DNA of 64,000 nucleotides from Narcine bancroftii (lineage: Eukaryota), in the NCBI RefSeq assembly GCF_036971445.1, contig NC_091471.1, positions 289,168,001-289,232,000 on the forward strand. Reading direction: 5' to 3'. Shown here in pieces: positions 1 through 10,342 of this stretch; the stretch's first letter is position 1; every line of letters begins with the position of its first letter. The notes under the pieces were generated by a model, which saw nothing but the letters and a program-made list of their open reading frames with translations, made no database searches and had not been told where the DNA came from. Made by a program: the position numbers and the translations under genes.

Positions 1-2940
1 GTCCATATCCTTCTGCAGACCCTGAAAACCATCTTCACTATCCATGTCCCCTTATTTTTATTTTGTCCACATATTTACTAACAATTTACCACTCCAAAAT
101 CCAAATCATTAATGTAAATGACAAACAACAAGGGAACAAAACCAATCCCTGAGGCACACTGCCCGTCACTGGACTCCATCCTGACAGACAGTTAACCACC
201 ATGACTGTCTGGCATATACCTTCTAGCCACCGTTGAACCCATCTGACTATCTCAACATTAATACCTTACTGAAATCCATAGAGGCAACATCGACTGCTCT
301 TCCCTTATCAACCTTCGAGTCAGCTCCTCAAAAAATTCAACAAGATTTGTCAAACATGACCTTGCCTGCACAATCCCATGTTGGGTGTCCCTGATCAGTC
401 CCTGTGCCTCAAGATACTTATGTATATAGTCTCTAAGAATACTTTCCACAAACCACCGACATCAAACTTACTGGCCTATAATTGCTGGGCCTATACCTGG
501 AGCCATTTTTAAACACATTTGCGACACACCAATCCTGTGGCACCATGCCATGTACCTCTCTAGTCATTGTTGAAAAATCACTGTCAGAGCCTCTGCTCTT
601 TCCTCCGACTTCCCTCAAGGTCCTGGGGAAAATCCTGTTGGGACCCAGAGTCTTATCCACCTTTATATGCCTCGAAAGTTCCATTACCCCCTCTTTTCTA
701 ATCCCTACATTTTCCATAATCACCCCTTTTGCTTCTCTTAACCTACACGATTCCATATCCTTTTCCCTAGTGAATACCGAAGAGAAGAACTGATTCAATA
801 TCTCCCCCATCTCATTCAGCTCCGCACACATTTGTCTGCTCTGATTCTCTAGGGACCAATATTATCTTTCACTCTCCTTTTGCTATTTTCATATTTGTAA
901 AAGCCCTTCAGATTTACTTTCACCCTGTTCGCTATAGCCACCTCGTTCCTTCTTTACGCTTTCCTAATTTTTTTTCTTCAGCTTCTTTTCACAATCCATG
1001 TATTTTCGAAGCATCTTGTCCATACCTTGTTCCTGTATTTAATGTAAGCCTTTTATTTCGGACCAATTTTCTAATCTCCCTTGAAAAACATGGCTCTCTC
1101 GAACTTTGCCCCTGCCTTTTATCCTGACAGGAACATAAAAATTTTGCACCCTCAAAACCTCAACTTTAAATGCCCTCCAATTCTCCTCTACCTCCTTCCT
1201 AAAACAAATCAGTCCAAACCACTCCTTGCAAATCCTTTCTCATTTCATCAAATCTGGCTTTCCCCCACTCAAAAACCTTAATCTTCAGACCAGACCTATC
1301 CCATTCCATAATTATATTGAAACTAATGGTACTATGATCACTGGATCCAAAGTGCTCCCCAACACACACCTCAGTCACCTGCCCTATCTCATTCCCCAAC
1401 AGTAGATCCAAAACTGCCCCTTCTCTAGTAGGTACCTCAACGTATTGCTGCCAAAAACTATCCTGCACACATTTTACAAATTCTAATCCATCCAGCACCT
1501 TCACAGAAAGTGTTGCCCAATTTATATCAGAAAAATTAAAATCCCCCACTAACACATTCCTGTGTTTATTACAAATCTCAGCTACTTCCTTACACATTTG
1601 AAGCTCAATTTCTTGCTCCTCACTAGGTGGTCTATTAAACACCCCTATAACTGTAACCTCTCCTTTTCAATTTTTTAATTCCACCACATTGCCCCCCTTG
1701 ACAAGCCCTCCACTCTATCTCACATCAGCACTGCTGTAATATTTTCCCTGACAAGCAATAGCACAACCCCCACCTGACCCTTCCAATTCTATCATACCTA
1801 AAGCAGTGAAATCCCAGAATATTTAGCTGCAAGTCATAACCCTCATGCAACCACATCTCACTAATCACCACCACGTCATACTACCAAGTGTCTATCCACA
1901 CCTTTAGCTCATTCACCTTACTTACAACACACCTAGCATTTAAGTAAATGCATTTCAATGATTTCCCACAACTTACCTTCCACTTGTTCCCATCTTTACG
2001 GACAACTCTATGCACCGATTCCTTCTCTTTCACCTGTCTTTTCACCCCACCCACCAAATTTATCGACAAGCCGCCTAAATTTGCAGACAAACCTTCTCTG
2101 TGCTGTTCACCTTTATATGGTCCCCTTCCCCCAACTATACTAGTTTAAAGCCCCCATTGTAGCTTAGTAAATGCTGCCACCAGAAACCTGATTCCTCTGG
2201 GATTTGGATGCCACCGATCTGTTCGGTACAGGTCCTACTTCCCTGAAAATAGGACCCAGTGATCCAAGAAATTGAATCCCTGCCCCTTACTCCAACCCTT
2301 CAGCCATGCATTCATCCTCCACCTGATACCATTCTTGCCCTCACTATCACGTGATACAGGCAGTAATCCAGAGCTTACCCCCTTTTCGGTCCTGTTTAGC
2401 TCCCTCCATAACTCCCTATATTCATTTTTTAGGACTACTCTTCCAACCTATGCTGTTGGTACCAACATGTACCATGACCTCTGGCTCATTACCATCCCCC
2501 CTTAGGATGAAATGGACATGAGAAGTTACATCCCAGACCCTGTCACCAGGGAAGCAAACTATCAGATCCACAGAATCCCCTATAACTATTTCCCTCCTCT
2601 TCCTTTCCCTACCCTTCTGGGCTACTGAGGCTGACCTTGTGCCAGAGGTACACCCACTGATGCCTTCCCATGGCTGACTGTCCCACCCAACAGTACTCAA
2701 GGAGGAGGGCTACAGGCACAGGGGCCCTTACTTGTACCTGTCTCTTCCCTTTCCCTCTCCTAACTGTAACCCATTGATCCTCCTGCCATGGCCCCGGTGA
2801 GACCACCTGGCTATTGGTCCTATCCATGACGGCCTCACTCTCCCTGACCAGACTGAGGTCATCAAGCTGTAGCTCCAGTTCCGTAACAAGTCCCCAAGAT
2901 GCTACAGCTCAGCACATCTCGTGCAGACGTGGATGTCCAG
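1..2940 (-). mobile_element. Degenerate CR1-clade LINE (ORF1 esterase region, AP endonuclease, N-terminal RT), runs off window start
   Basis: Broken ORFs carry CR1 motifs: IVIGDS..CFPG..VMVHVGTN (SGNH esterase ORF1), CIYLNAR, LVGDFNFSDINW, LDLLLGNE, GSSDH (endonuclease), NYRPVSLMSVV, QHG..RSCLTNLVEFFEE (RT). Confidence 0.9.
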
Positions 2941-4167
2941 AAGGCTAGAAGGTTATTTATAATATTTATCCATATATATACATATTATTTATATTTTAAT
3001 TCTACTTTCAATACCATAATGTGTAGATTGCCAATAAGAATGCCTAAAGTACAAATAGAACCAAGAGCAGCAAACTTGTGAGACTGAAGTCATTTAAAGG
3101 GCAAGGATGGCAAATTTTGCAGAGTGACTAAAAACCTTGAAGATATTCATTTGATCAGAAAGATGCTGAATACACATTATGAGTGAGAAAACATTTGATG
3201 GGTCTCAAAAGCAAGGACTCTGAACGCAGTTTTGGAGTAAATTATTTTATTTACAAAGGAGGGGAAAGCGACGAGGGGAAGAGGTAGAGGGAGAAGTGAG
3301 AGGAAAGCATGGGAGGGAGATAAATGGGCACAGAAGGGGCAAAGAGGGATTGTGGGCAATTGGGAGAAACTGGCAAAGGAACAATGGAATTGGAAATAGA
3401 ATGGAAAGGAGGGGGAAAGGAGAGCTTCTATTGGGAGTTGGGCATTCAGACGAAAGCCTCTGTTGGTACTTCCTTGCTTCCTGTTCTTCCCTGAGCAATT
3501 TATAGTTCTCTCTCCCTGTCCCTCCCACTCCATTATTTGAATTGAAATCTTTCCCTCCCACTCATCAGTATTTGATACGCCAGATTTCATTGTTCGGTGC
3601 CTCCACCCCAACCAATGAAGGACAAGTGAGGAATGGCAGTGATGGTGGTCTTTGAATCACGGATTGGGGCAATGATGAGGTCAAGTAGCAGTAGTGGTTG
3701 GGAAGATCCCCTACAAAGGGAACAAGGGGAAGGACCAGTCCAGGAAACAATTAAGTGAGTGGTGGAGGAGGAGAAGATGAGGGAGCCACCCAAGCTGCAA
3801 TGAAAAGAGTAGACCATGCACAGATGAAAATCTAAGCCACATGTAACAGGTCATCAGCACACACCCAAGGATGCAGCATCAAAATACCCTCCAAGTGCAG
3901 CTCCCAGCAACATGCTCACTCTACCCATTCCTTCCACCTCACTCTCCGACCTCTATCTGTCGACTCCAGCAAACACCAAAAGGCAGGTTGAGGAACAACA
4001 CCTCACCTCCTGACTGCACGTGCTCCATCCATCAGGACTTAAGCTGGAATTTAACAATGTAAGATAACTTTCTCTTCCAGTGTGTGTCCGAAATGGTCAG
4101 TTCTGATGAAACATCATTGGCCTGTAAACTCCAAATTTCTTCTCACCCCCAATACTGCCTGAATATT

Positions 4168-5420
4168 TAGACAATAGGTGCCGGAGAAGGGGATTCGGCC
4201 CTTCAAGTCAGCATTGCCATTCACTGTGAATATGACTGATCATCCACAATCAGGACCCCCATTCTCCCTTCTCCCCCATATCCATTGACTCCACTATCTT
4301 TAAGCGCTCTAACTGTTTCTGGAAAGCATCCAGAGCATTGGCCTCCACTACTTTCTGAGGCAGAGCATTCCATAGATCTACGACTCTTTTCCTCAACTCT
4401 GTTGTAAATAGCCTACCCCTTATTTTTAAACTGTGGCCTCTGGTTTTGGATTCTCCCAACAATGAGAACATATCCAATCGCTTAATAATCTTCTACGTTC
4501 CAATCAGATACCCTCTCATCCTTCTAACTTCCAGTGTATCTGAGCCCAGTCCTCCAATCTTTCAACATATGACAGTCTCACCATGCTGAGGATTAACCTT
4601 GTGAACCTACACTGCACTCCCTCAATAGCAAGAATGTCTTTCTTAAATTTGGATATCAAAACTGCACACAATACTTCTAGTGTAGTCTCATCAGGGCCCT
4701 ACACAACTGCAGAAGAACCTCTTTGCTCCTCTACTCAAGTCCGCCTGTTATGAACGCCAACATGCCATTAGCTTTCTTCATTGCCTGCTGTACCTGCCTG
4801 CTCACTTTCAGCGAATAATGAACAAGGACACCTCGATCTCTTTGTACTTCCTCTTTTCTGAAATTGACACCATTCAGATAGTAATCTGCCTTCCTGTTCT
4901 TGCCACCCAAGTGGATAACCTCACACTTATCTGCATTCAACTGCACCTGCCCACTCACCCAACATGTCCAAGTCACCCTGCATTCTCATTACATCCTCCT
5001 CACATTTCACACTGCCACCCAGCTTTGAGTCATCTGCAAATTTGTTAAAATGTTACTTTTAATCTCTTCATCAAAATCATTAATGTACATTGTAAATAGC
5101 TGCGTTATTAGCACCGAGCCTTGCGGTACCCTACCCATCACTGCCTGCCATTCTGAAAGGGACTCGTTAATCCCCTCTCTTTCTTTCCTGTCTGCCAATC
5201 AATCTTCTATCCATGTCAGTACCCTGCCCCCAATAAAATGTGCTCTAATTTTGTCCACTAATCTCCTATGTGGGGCCTTAACAAAGTCTTCTGAAAGTCC
5301 AGATACACTACACCCACTTGTCCATTTTCCCACAGTTACATCCTCCAAAAATTCCAGAAGGTTAGTCAAGTCCGATTTCCCCTTCCTAAATCCATACTGA
5401 CTCGGACCGATCCCGCTACT
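4168..5420 (-). mobile_element. CR1-clade LINE 3' part (RT C-terminus and tail), degenerate
   Basis: QYGFRKGKSDLTNLLEF, VPQGSVL, NADKCEVIHLG, KTRGHSLKI motifs in broken ORFs. Confidence 0.9.
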
Positions 5421-5640
5421 TCTATCCCAATGTGTCTGTTTCATCTTTTAGAATTGACTCCAGCATCTTCTCCATCACTTCCGCCAACTGTTGAGTTTGG
5501 TTCCTTTATTATTCTTCCCAAGCCCAAGTGTTGGCCCTTCTATTTTGATCGTGAAAATCTTCCCATCAACCCACCCCCTTGTCCCCGATCGCGCCAAGTG
5601 ACGAGAACCACACAAGGAAACCATCCCTGCACTGCGCCTC

Positions 5641-5646
5641 TTTATT
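5641..5646 (-). terminator. Probable ancestral poly(A) signal of IgL cluster 1
   Basis: AATAAA on the minus strand in the same context (ctgcactgcgcctc-tttatt-ggga) as the signal downstream of the cluster 3 C exon (35310-35315). Confidence 0.6.
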
Positions 5647-5715
5647 GGGAGTTTGTCGCCGTTAGGGTCGCTCAGTCTGAGACTGATGGTAAAATCATGC
5701 ATGAACTACTAAATT

Positions 5716-6110
5716 TAAATGAATAAATGTATTCCATTAGAAAAAATAACATATAGGTTAAGAAATAATATTGAAATATTCGAACAAGTATGGGAGCCTT
5801 ACATTAAATACAATAGCGAAAACCTACCGGGGACAAACATTACCTAAGTTGATGGAAGGAGAAGGAAAGAAAAGAATGGACTCAGTAGAATTTCTGGTGT
5901 ATTTTTGTTGAATGACAACATTGTCTGACTGGCTTAATGCAACCTAGATTGTATACCTAAAATGGATGAGGGGGGGGGGGGGGTGGGGGGTGGCTTGGGA
6001 GGAGGGAGGGGGGGGGGAGAGAAAAAGTCACTGTATATGTGTGAAAAAGAAATAGTGTATATCATGGCTAATGTGATTTATGGTGTGAAAAATAAAAAAT
6101 TAAAAAAAAA
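5716..6110 (+). mobile_element. 5'-truncated L1/Tx1-type LINE 3' fragment inserted in the 3' UTR of the cluster 1 C gene
   Basis: Matches the 3' end of the long L1 at ~29548-29932 (gaataaatgtattccattagaaaaaataac...), has a G-rich tract and an A-rich tail; absent at the paralogous position in cluster 3. Confidence 0.85.
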
Positions 6111-6375
6111 ATTATGTCAATTAGTGCCAGAAAACATCATTGGAACTGGAATGTCTCATTGAACCAAGTGGCTGGTCACTTTCATCCCGTGCAGCCCCTC
6201 GAGGGGAGCAACTTCGGGAACAAATACTCATCTCACACAGTGTAAACCACAGGAGGTGAAACAGAAGCAGAGAATACAGTGAAGAGCGAGCGCGCAGAGC
6301 GGGGAGCGGCTGAAAGATAAAAGGCAGTGATCTCCCGTTCATCAGGGAGCGAAGGCGCCCGAGGCCGCGCTCTGT

Positions 6376-6698
6376 TCAGCAGCTGGAATGTGCGACTGTA
6401 GCGGACGTTGCCGAGGCAGCTCCTTGTTGAACCGTGCAGGAGTACACCTTGCCTCTGCTCCAGTCTGTGCCGGGCACCTTCAGGTAGCTGCTGAGACTGA
6501 AGGTGTTGTCCTTGTTCCGCATCGCCGGGCTGGTTTCCACCCCCGTCCTCGCCGGACTCCAGTCCACGGTCCAGCTGACGGCGGGGAAGCCCAGCGACAG
6601 TTTACTGACCAGGCAAACCAAGGTGCCCGCTCCTTGAGCGGAGATCTCCTCGGAAGACGGCCCGAGCAGTTTCAATGAAGGTTCGGGGAGATTCTCAG
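6376..6698 (-). CDS. Ig light chain (sigma-type) constant exon, cluster 1; open reading frame
   Basis: Acceptor ttcccatttcAG, phase 1; (A)ENLPEPSLKLLGPSSEEISAQGAGTLVCLVSKL...VSWTVD...FSLSSYL...VYSCTVQ...SSC*; C1-set Cys/Trp/Cys plus the terminal interchain Cys. Differs from the cluster 3 C by V>L, G>W (VDW vs VDG) and Q>H. Confidence 0.93.
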
Positions 6699-7594
6699 CT
6701 GAAATGGGAACAAGAGAAACATTTCAGGTCACGGAAGAACTCGGCTAATTTTAGAATTTGGCACAAGCGCGAGGCAGATGGAGATGGATCCAAACACGTG
6801 TGAGATTTTGCACATTGAGAGATCAAATGTGTCCACTGAAGGACGGGTCACATCAGCATGGATCCAAGATGCTGCCTGAATTCGAGGTTTAATCTACGAG
6901 GGATGGGAGAGGTTTCTTTTCTCTTCTGCTTGAGAGATTGACGGGGTAATTTAGGAGTGGTACAGGTCGTTTGGAAGATGAGGTCTCATCCTCTGGATTA
7001 ATAAAAAAGTGAAAGGGAAGAGGACACGAGTTTAAAGTGAAGGGGGGATTTTGAAGGAGACGCGCTGGGCGAGTTGACTTTTATAGAGCAGTGCGTGTCT
7101 GGGATCGTGGAGAAGCAGCTATCAGACAAATGTTTAAGAGTGGGTTCAAGACACAAATTGAAAGGAAAGGAGGAACGGCTTCCATCATGTACATTCATTT
7201 GAAATCTCATCTCGTTCCGTGCAGACGTCGTGGGCCGAAAGGTCGAATTTAGTGCCACGCCGTTCTGTATTCGATGGAAAGATGAATCGTTAGCGTCTGA
7301 AACACAATATTGATGAGCCCATCTCAAGGACAACGCAAAAGGGCCCGATAAATATCACAATTTAACATTACGGGCTCATTTAAGGTGAATCAAAAATCAC
7401 ATTTGAATGAAAAATTGTCAATAAATGTGGGTGACAATTCCCCGAAAACCCTGGAGTAGAACTGGCGCTGGACACGGAATAGGATTCGTTTGTCAATCAA
7501 CATTTTCAGAAGGCAACAACCTGGAAATGATTCATTGTCAGGTGTCTGTAGTAGAGCCGTCGGTCACGGCAGGAGGATGTTGCCAGACACTGAC

Positions 7595-7631
7595 CTGGAA
7601 CGAGGAGCTTGGTCCCTGGGCCGAACACCCA
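7595..7631 (-). CDS. Unrearranged IgL J segment, cluster 1 (WVFGPGTKLLVP)
   Basis: FGxG motif; splice donor G/GTCAGT; immediately preceded by a heptamer. Confidence 0.9.
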
Positions 7632-7670
7632 CACGGTGCGAGGTTCCAGCCTTCAGTCCGTGCGGTTACG
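7632..7670 (+). promoter_or_regulatory. J-side recombination signal sequence (23-bp spacer position), degenerate nonamer
   Basis: Heptamer CACGGTG (6/7 to CACAGTG) abuts J; after 23 nt the sequence is GCGGTTACG (3/9 to ACAAAAACC). Confidence 0.65.
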
Positions 7671-7984
7671 CAGGGCCCTGAATCAGGCAGAAAGACGCGG
7701 TCAGACGCTCCAGGAGCAGCAGGAAACCAGACTACACACATCCCGCGTGTCCCAGCTGGGGTGGGGCAGGGAGGGGTGAACTCACAGCCCCTTCGCCTGC
7801 TTGGAATTAACCGGCAGCAAGAGCCGGCAATGAACGGCGGGGTTGGGAATTTTCCCAAATCTGAAATGATTGGAATTGGAAAATACTGCATAAAAGGTCA
7901 AACGGAAGTTAATTAACGAGAAGTGAAATATTAAAATGTTTTCTCCCGGGACAAAGATGTGAAGTGGATGGTGCTGCAGCTCCC

Positions 7985-8012
7985 AGTTTCTGTTTGACCG
8001 CCTCTGGCTGTG
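7985..8012 (-). promoter_or_regulatory. V-side 12-RSS
   Basis: Minus strand CACAGCC - AGAGGCGGTCAA (12 nt) - ACAGAAACT directly after the V coding end. Confidence 0.88.
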
Positions 8013-8223
8013 ACACCAAGTATTGCTCGATGAACCCACTTCCCGCAGTGATAGACGGCGGCGTCCTTCACCTCCACCTGGTTGATGAGCAACCGGTAAA
8101 CGGTGGCCGCGCTGTTGCCATTCGCCAACTGCATCGTCCCGATGTTACATTCCAGCGTGGCGCTGGATCCCGCATTCACGGACACGCGAGACAGAGGTTG
8201 AGACAGAATCTGCGAGTCTCCAG
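8013..8223 (-). pseudogene. Unrearranged IgL sigma V pseudo-segment, cluster 1
   Basis: Paralogous to V2/V3 but with a net 117-nt in-frame loss of CDR1-FR2-CDR2, a 3-nt net insertion in FR1, YYC>YHC, and a 1-nt deletion after CGKW. Confidence 0.9.
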
Positions 8224-8327
8224 CTGAAAAAGAGCAGCAATTCCACATTAATCAGTGACCCTTGACTGCGAGCCCGAGAGCCCACATCAGAAACCGCTGG
8301 CGGGGCAGAGTTGCCGCCTGTACTTAC

Positions 8328-8373
8328 AGCCCAGCCACAGCGCCAGAGACCAGAGAAAACACAGCGTCCGCAT
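8328..8373 (-). CDS. IgL leader exon, cluster 1 (MRTLCFLWSLALWLG)
   Basis: ATG, hydrophobic signal peptide, phase-1 donor T/GTAAGT, 104-nt intron to the V acceptor. Confidence 0.9.
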
Positions 8374-8452
8374 CGTTGCTGCCCGTCACCTTCCTGCCTC
8401 CCTTCACCGCTGTGTCTGGGACAGACTGTGGCGACGCTGCGGATGGAACCCA

Positions 8453-8493
8453 CTTATAGAGACATTGGCACCGGGAAGGAAATCCATGCAAAT
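8453..8493 (-). promoter_or_regulatory. Ig light-chain promoter, cluster 1 (octamer plus TATA-like)
   Basis: ATTTGCAT (light-chain orientation) at 8486-8493 and TATAAG at 8453-8458, upstream of the leader ATG. Confidence 0.85.
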
Positions 8494-9117
8494 CGGAGCA
8501 AGTCACACTGACCAACCAGAGGAAGGACCTGAAACCCTCCCATTCGCCGTCAGTTGCCGTCCGCTGGAGGCGGTGACACGGTCAACGTCCGACAGATGTG
8601 GGGAAACAAGGTTCATTGTCTGAAATTTCCCACTTTCTCCCTGCATTTCCCTGATTCCGCTGAATACCGCTCTCCATCCCTCACCCAGAGATGCCCCTCA
8701 CACCTCCAGTGATAATAAGGTGGGGCATTGCCGGCTTCCTATGTGAATAGTTCAGATACTTGGTGCAAACCCATACTGATACTGTGAGTGGAAGATTGTA
8801 ATTCAGTCTGAAGAGGGAGATGAAATATGATTTCAGTAAGAGTGACTTGTGGGGTTGTGGCAATCTCTCGGGTATTCATTAACCGTTTGGGGGTGAAACG
8901 TCCATCTTTACCCAGTCTGTGACCATGACCAATGACCCTTCCCACATGAATAATTCAAACATTGAGATCAAACACAATTATAAAGATTAAAGGAACAAGT
9001 TCCATTATTGTCACATCATACTACATTTAGAATGTAACACACATGAAATTCTTTAACTTTGTCTTCTGTCAAGAAGACAGAGAGTTGCTACTTTATCCAG
9101 CGCCCCTCATAAAAATG

Positions 9118-9190
9118 TGGCCCCAGCGAGGAACGAATTCACAACCCCTGATTTACAAGACCGTGCTCCAACCACGGAGCTGACAGAGCT
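9118..9190 (-). pseudogene. tRNA-Thr(TGT)-like pseudogene
   Basis: Minus strand AGCTCTGTCAGCTCCGTGGTTGGAGCACGGTCTTGTAAATCAGGGGTTGTGAATTCGTTCCTCGCTGGGGCCA resembles vertebrate tRNA-Thr-TGT (anticodon loop CTTGTAA); followed by a T5 run; stems disrupted. Confidence 0.75.
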
Positions 9191-9502
9191 TCTTTGAAGA
9201 GTTCAATTCAATCGAAATGTGAGGATGAAATCTGGTCTCATCGTGTGAATCGTGGAACTACGGGAAACATTGGAAGATGTTATTCTCCCATTGCATGGGG
9301 AAACCTCCCATCTTTACCCAGTGTTTCCATTCCCACCCCATGCCCTAACCTTCTGTACTAGGAGTGATTTACAATCACCAATAGAATGACCTCACCCATT
9401 TCCTTGCCAGTGACAGCCATATTCTCTGTTTGCCTAGCATAGCAGCATCTGGGGTAATGCTCTTGGAATATCAGTATCAACCACATAGGTAGAAAGGTAA
9501 CA

Positions 9503-9660
9503 AGGTGGTGCAGTGACACAAATGATAGACACTTGCTCACAGTTACAGTGACCCAGGATCAAACCTTAAAACACAGGGATGTTTGCACTGAGTTTACAAA
9601 TTCTCCCTGTGACTGTGTGCATTTCCTTCAGCTGTTCCAGTTTGCTCCCACATCCTAGGA
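9503..9660 (+). mobile_element. Degenerate tRNA-derived SINE (V-SINE/HE1-like); paralogous copies near 13655-13830 and 39634-39795
   Basis: A-box-like ggtggtgcagtg followed by the gagttt...ttctccctgtgactg..tttcc...ccagttt.ctcccacatcc core typical of fish/shark V-SINEs. Confidence 0.6.
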
Positions 9661-10289
9661 TTCACTGCTCCAAGTTATTCCCAGTCCAAGGATGATCAGT
9701 GGGATGTGCAGGAAGTTGAAGGAATGAGGTGAAAATGAAATGAGATTTAATGAGGGTTTGTGTAAGTATGTTCTTGATGAACCCAGTGGGCCAAAGGGCT
9801 TGTTTTTGAACTGCATATTTCCAAACTCCCAAAATTCATGAAGGTAGCGAGGAGGTTAAAATGGAAGATCAGTGATGGTACAGAAAACATAGAACATGGT
9901 GCAACACAGGAACGGGCCCTTCTGGACATGATACATGTAGCATACAGGATCCACAAATTAAACTCAAATTCTGCTGCATTACAAGATACATATCATGTTA
10001 TTCCCTACTTAATGTGTTTATCGTGAAATGCCTTGAACACTGCCATGGTAATCCCTGGATTACTTCCCTGCTTCACTTCAGAGGGTTTAGTTAAAGGGAA
10101 GATCATGCAAACTTATATTTGTTTGATGCAAGGGGTTAGATCAGTTGGGGATGAGTACCAGATCAGGGAGAGATGCAGTCAGCCCAGGCCAGTACCTCAA
10201 CAGAGCTTGGGCCAGAACCCTCACAGGAAATCTCACTGCTGCATGAGGAAAGGTTTCAGCCAGTTTGTTGAGGAATGAGAACAGGAAGG

Positions 10290-10342
10290 TCACACAGATG
10301 ACGGCCCGAGCAGTTTCACTGAAGGTTCGGGGAGATTCTCCG
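10290..10342 (-). CDS. Truncated IgL C exon, cluster 2: (A)ENLPEPSVKLLGPSSV*
   Basis: Intact acceptor identical to cluster 3; identity to C stops at ~10300, then unrelated sequence provides TCT GTG TGA in frame. Confidence 0.85.

Noticed and set aside
10291-10300. cacag next to the C2 truncation breakpoint as a cryptic RSS
   Set aside because: The break lies 3' of CAC rather than 5' as RAG cleavage requires, and no nonamer is present.
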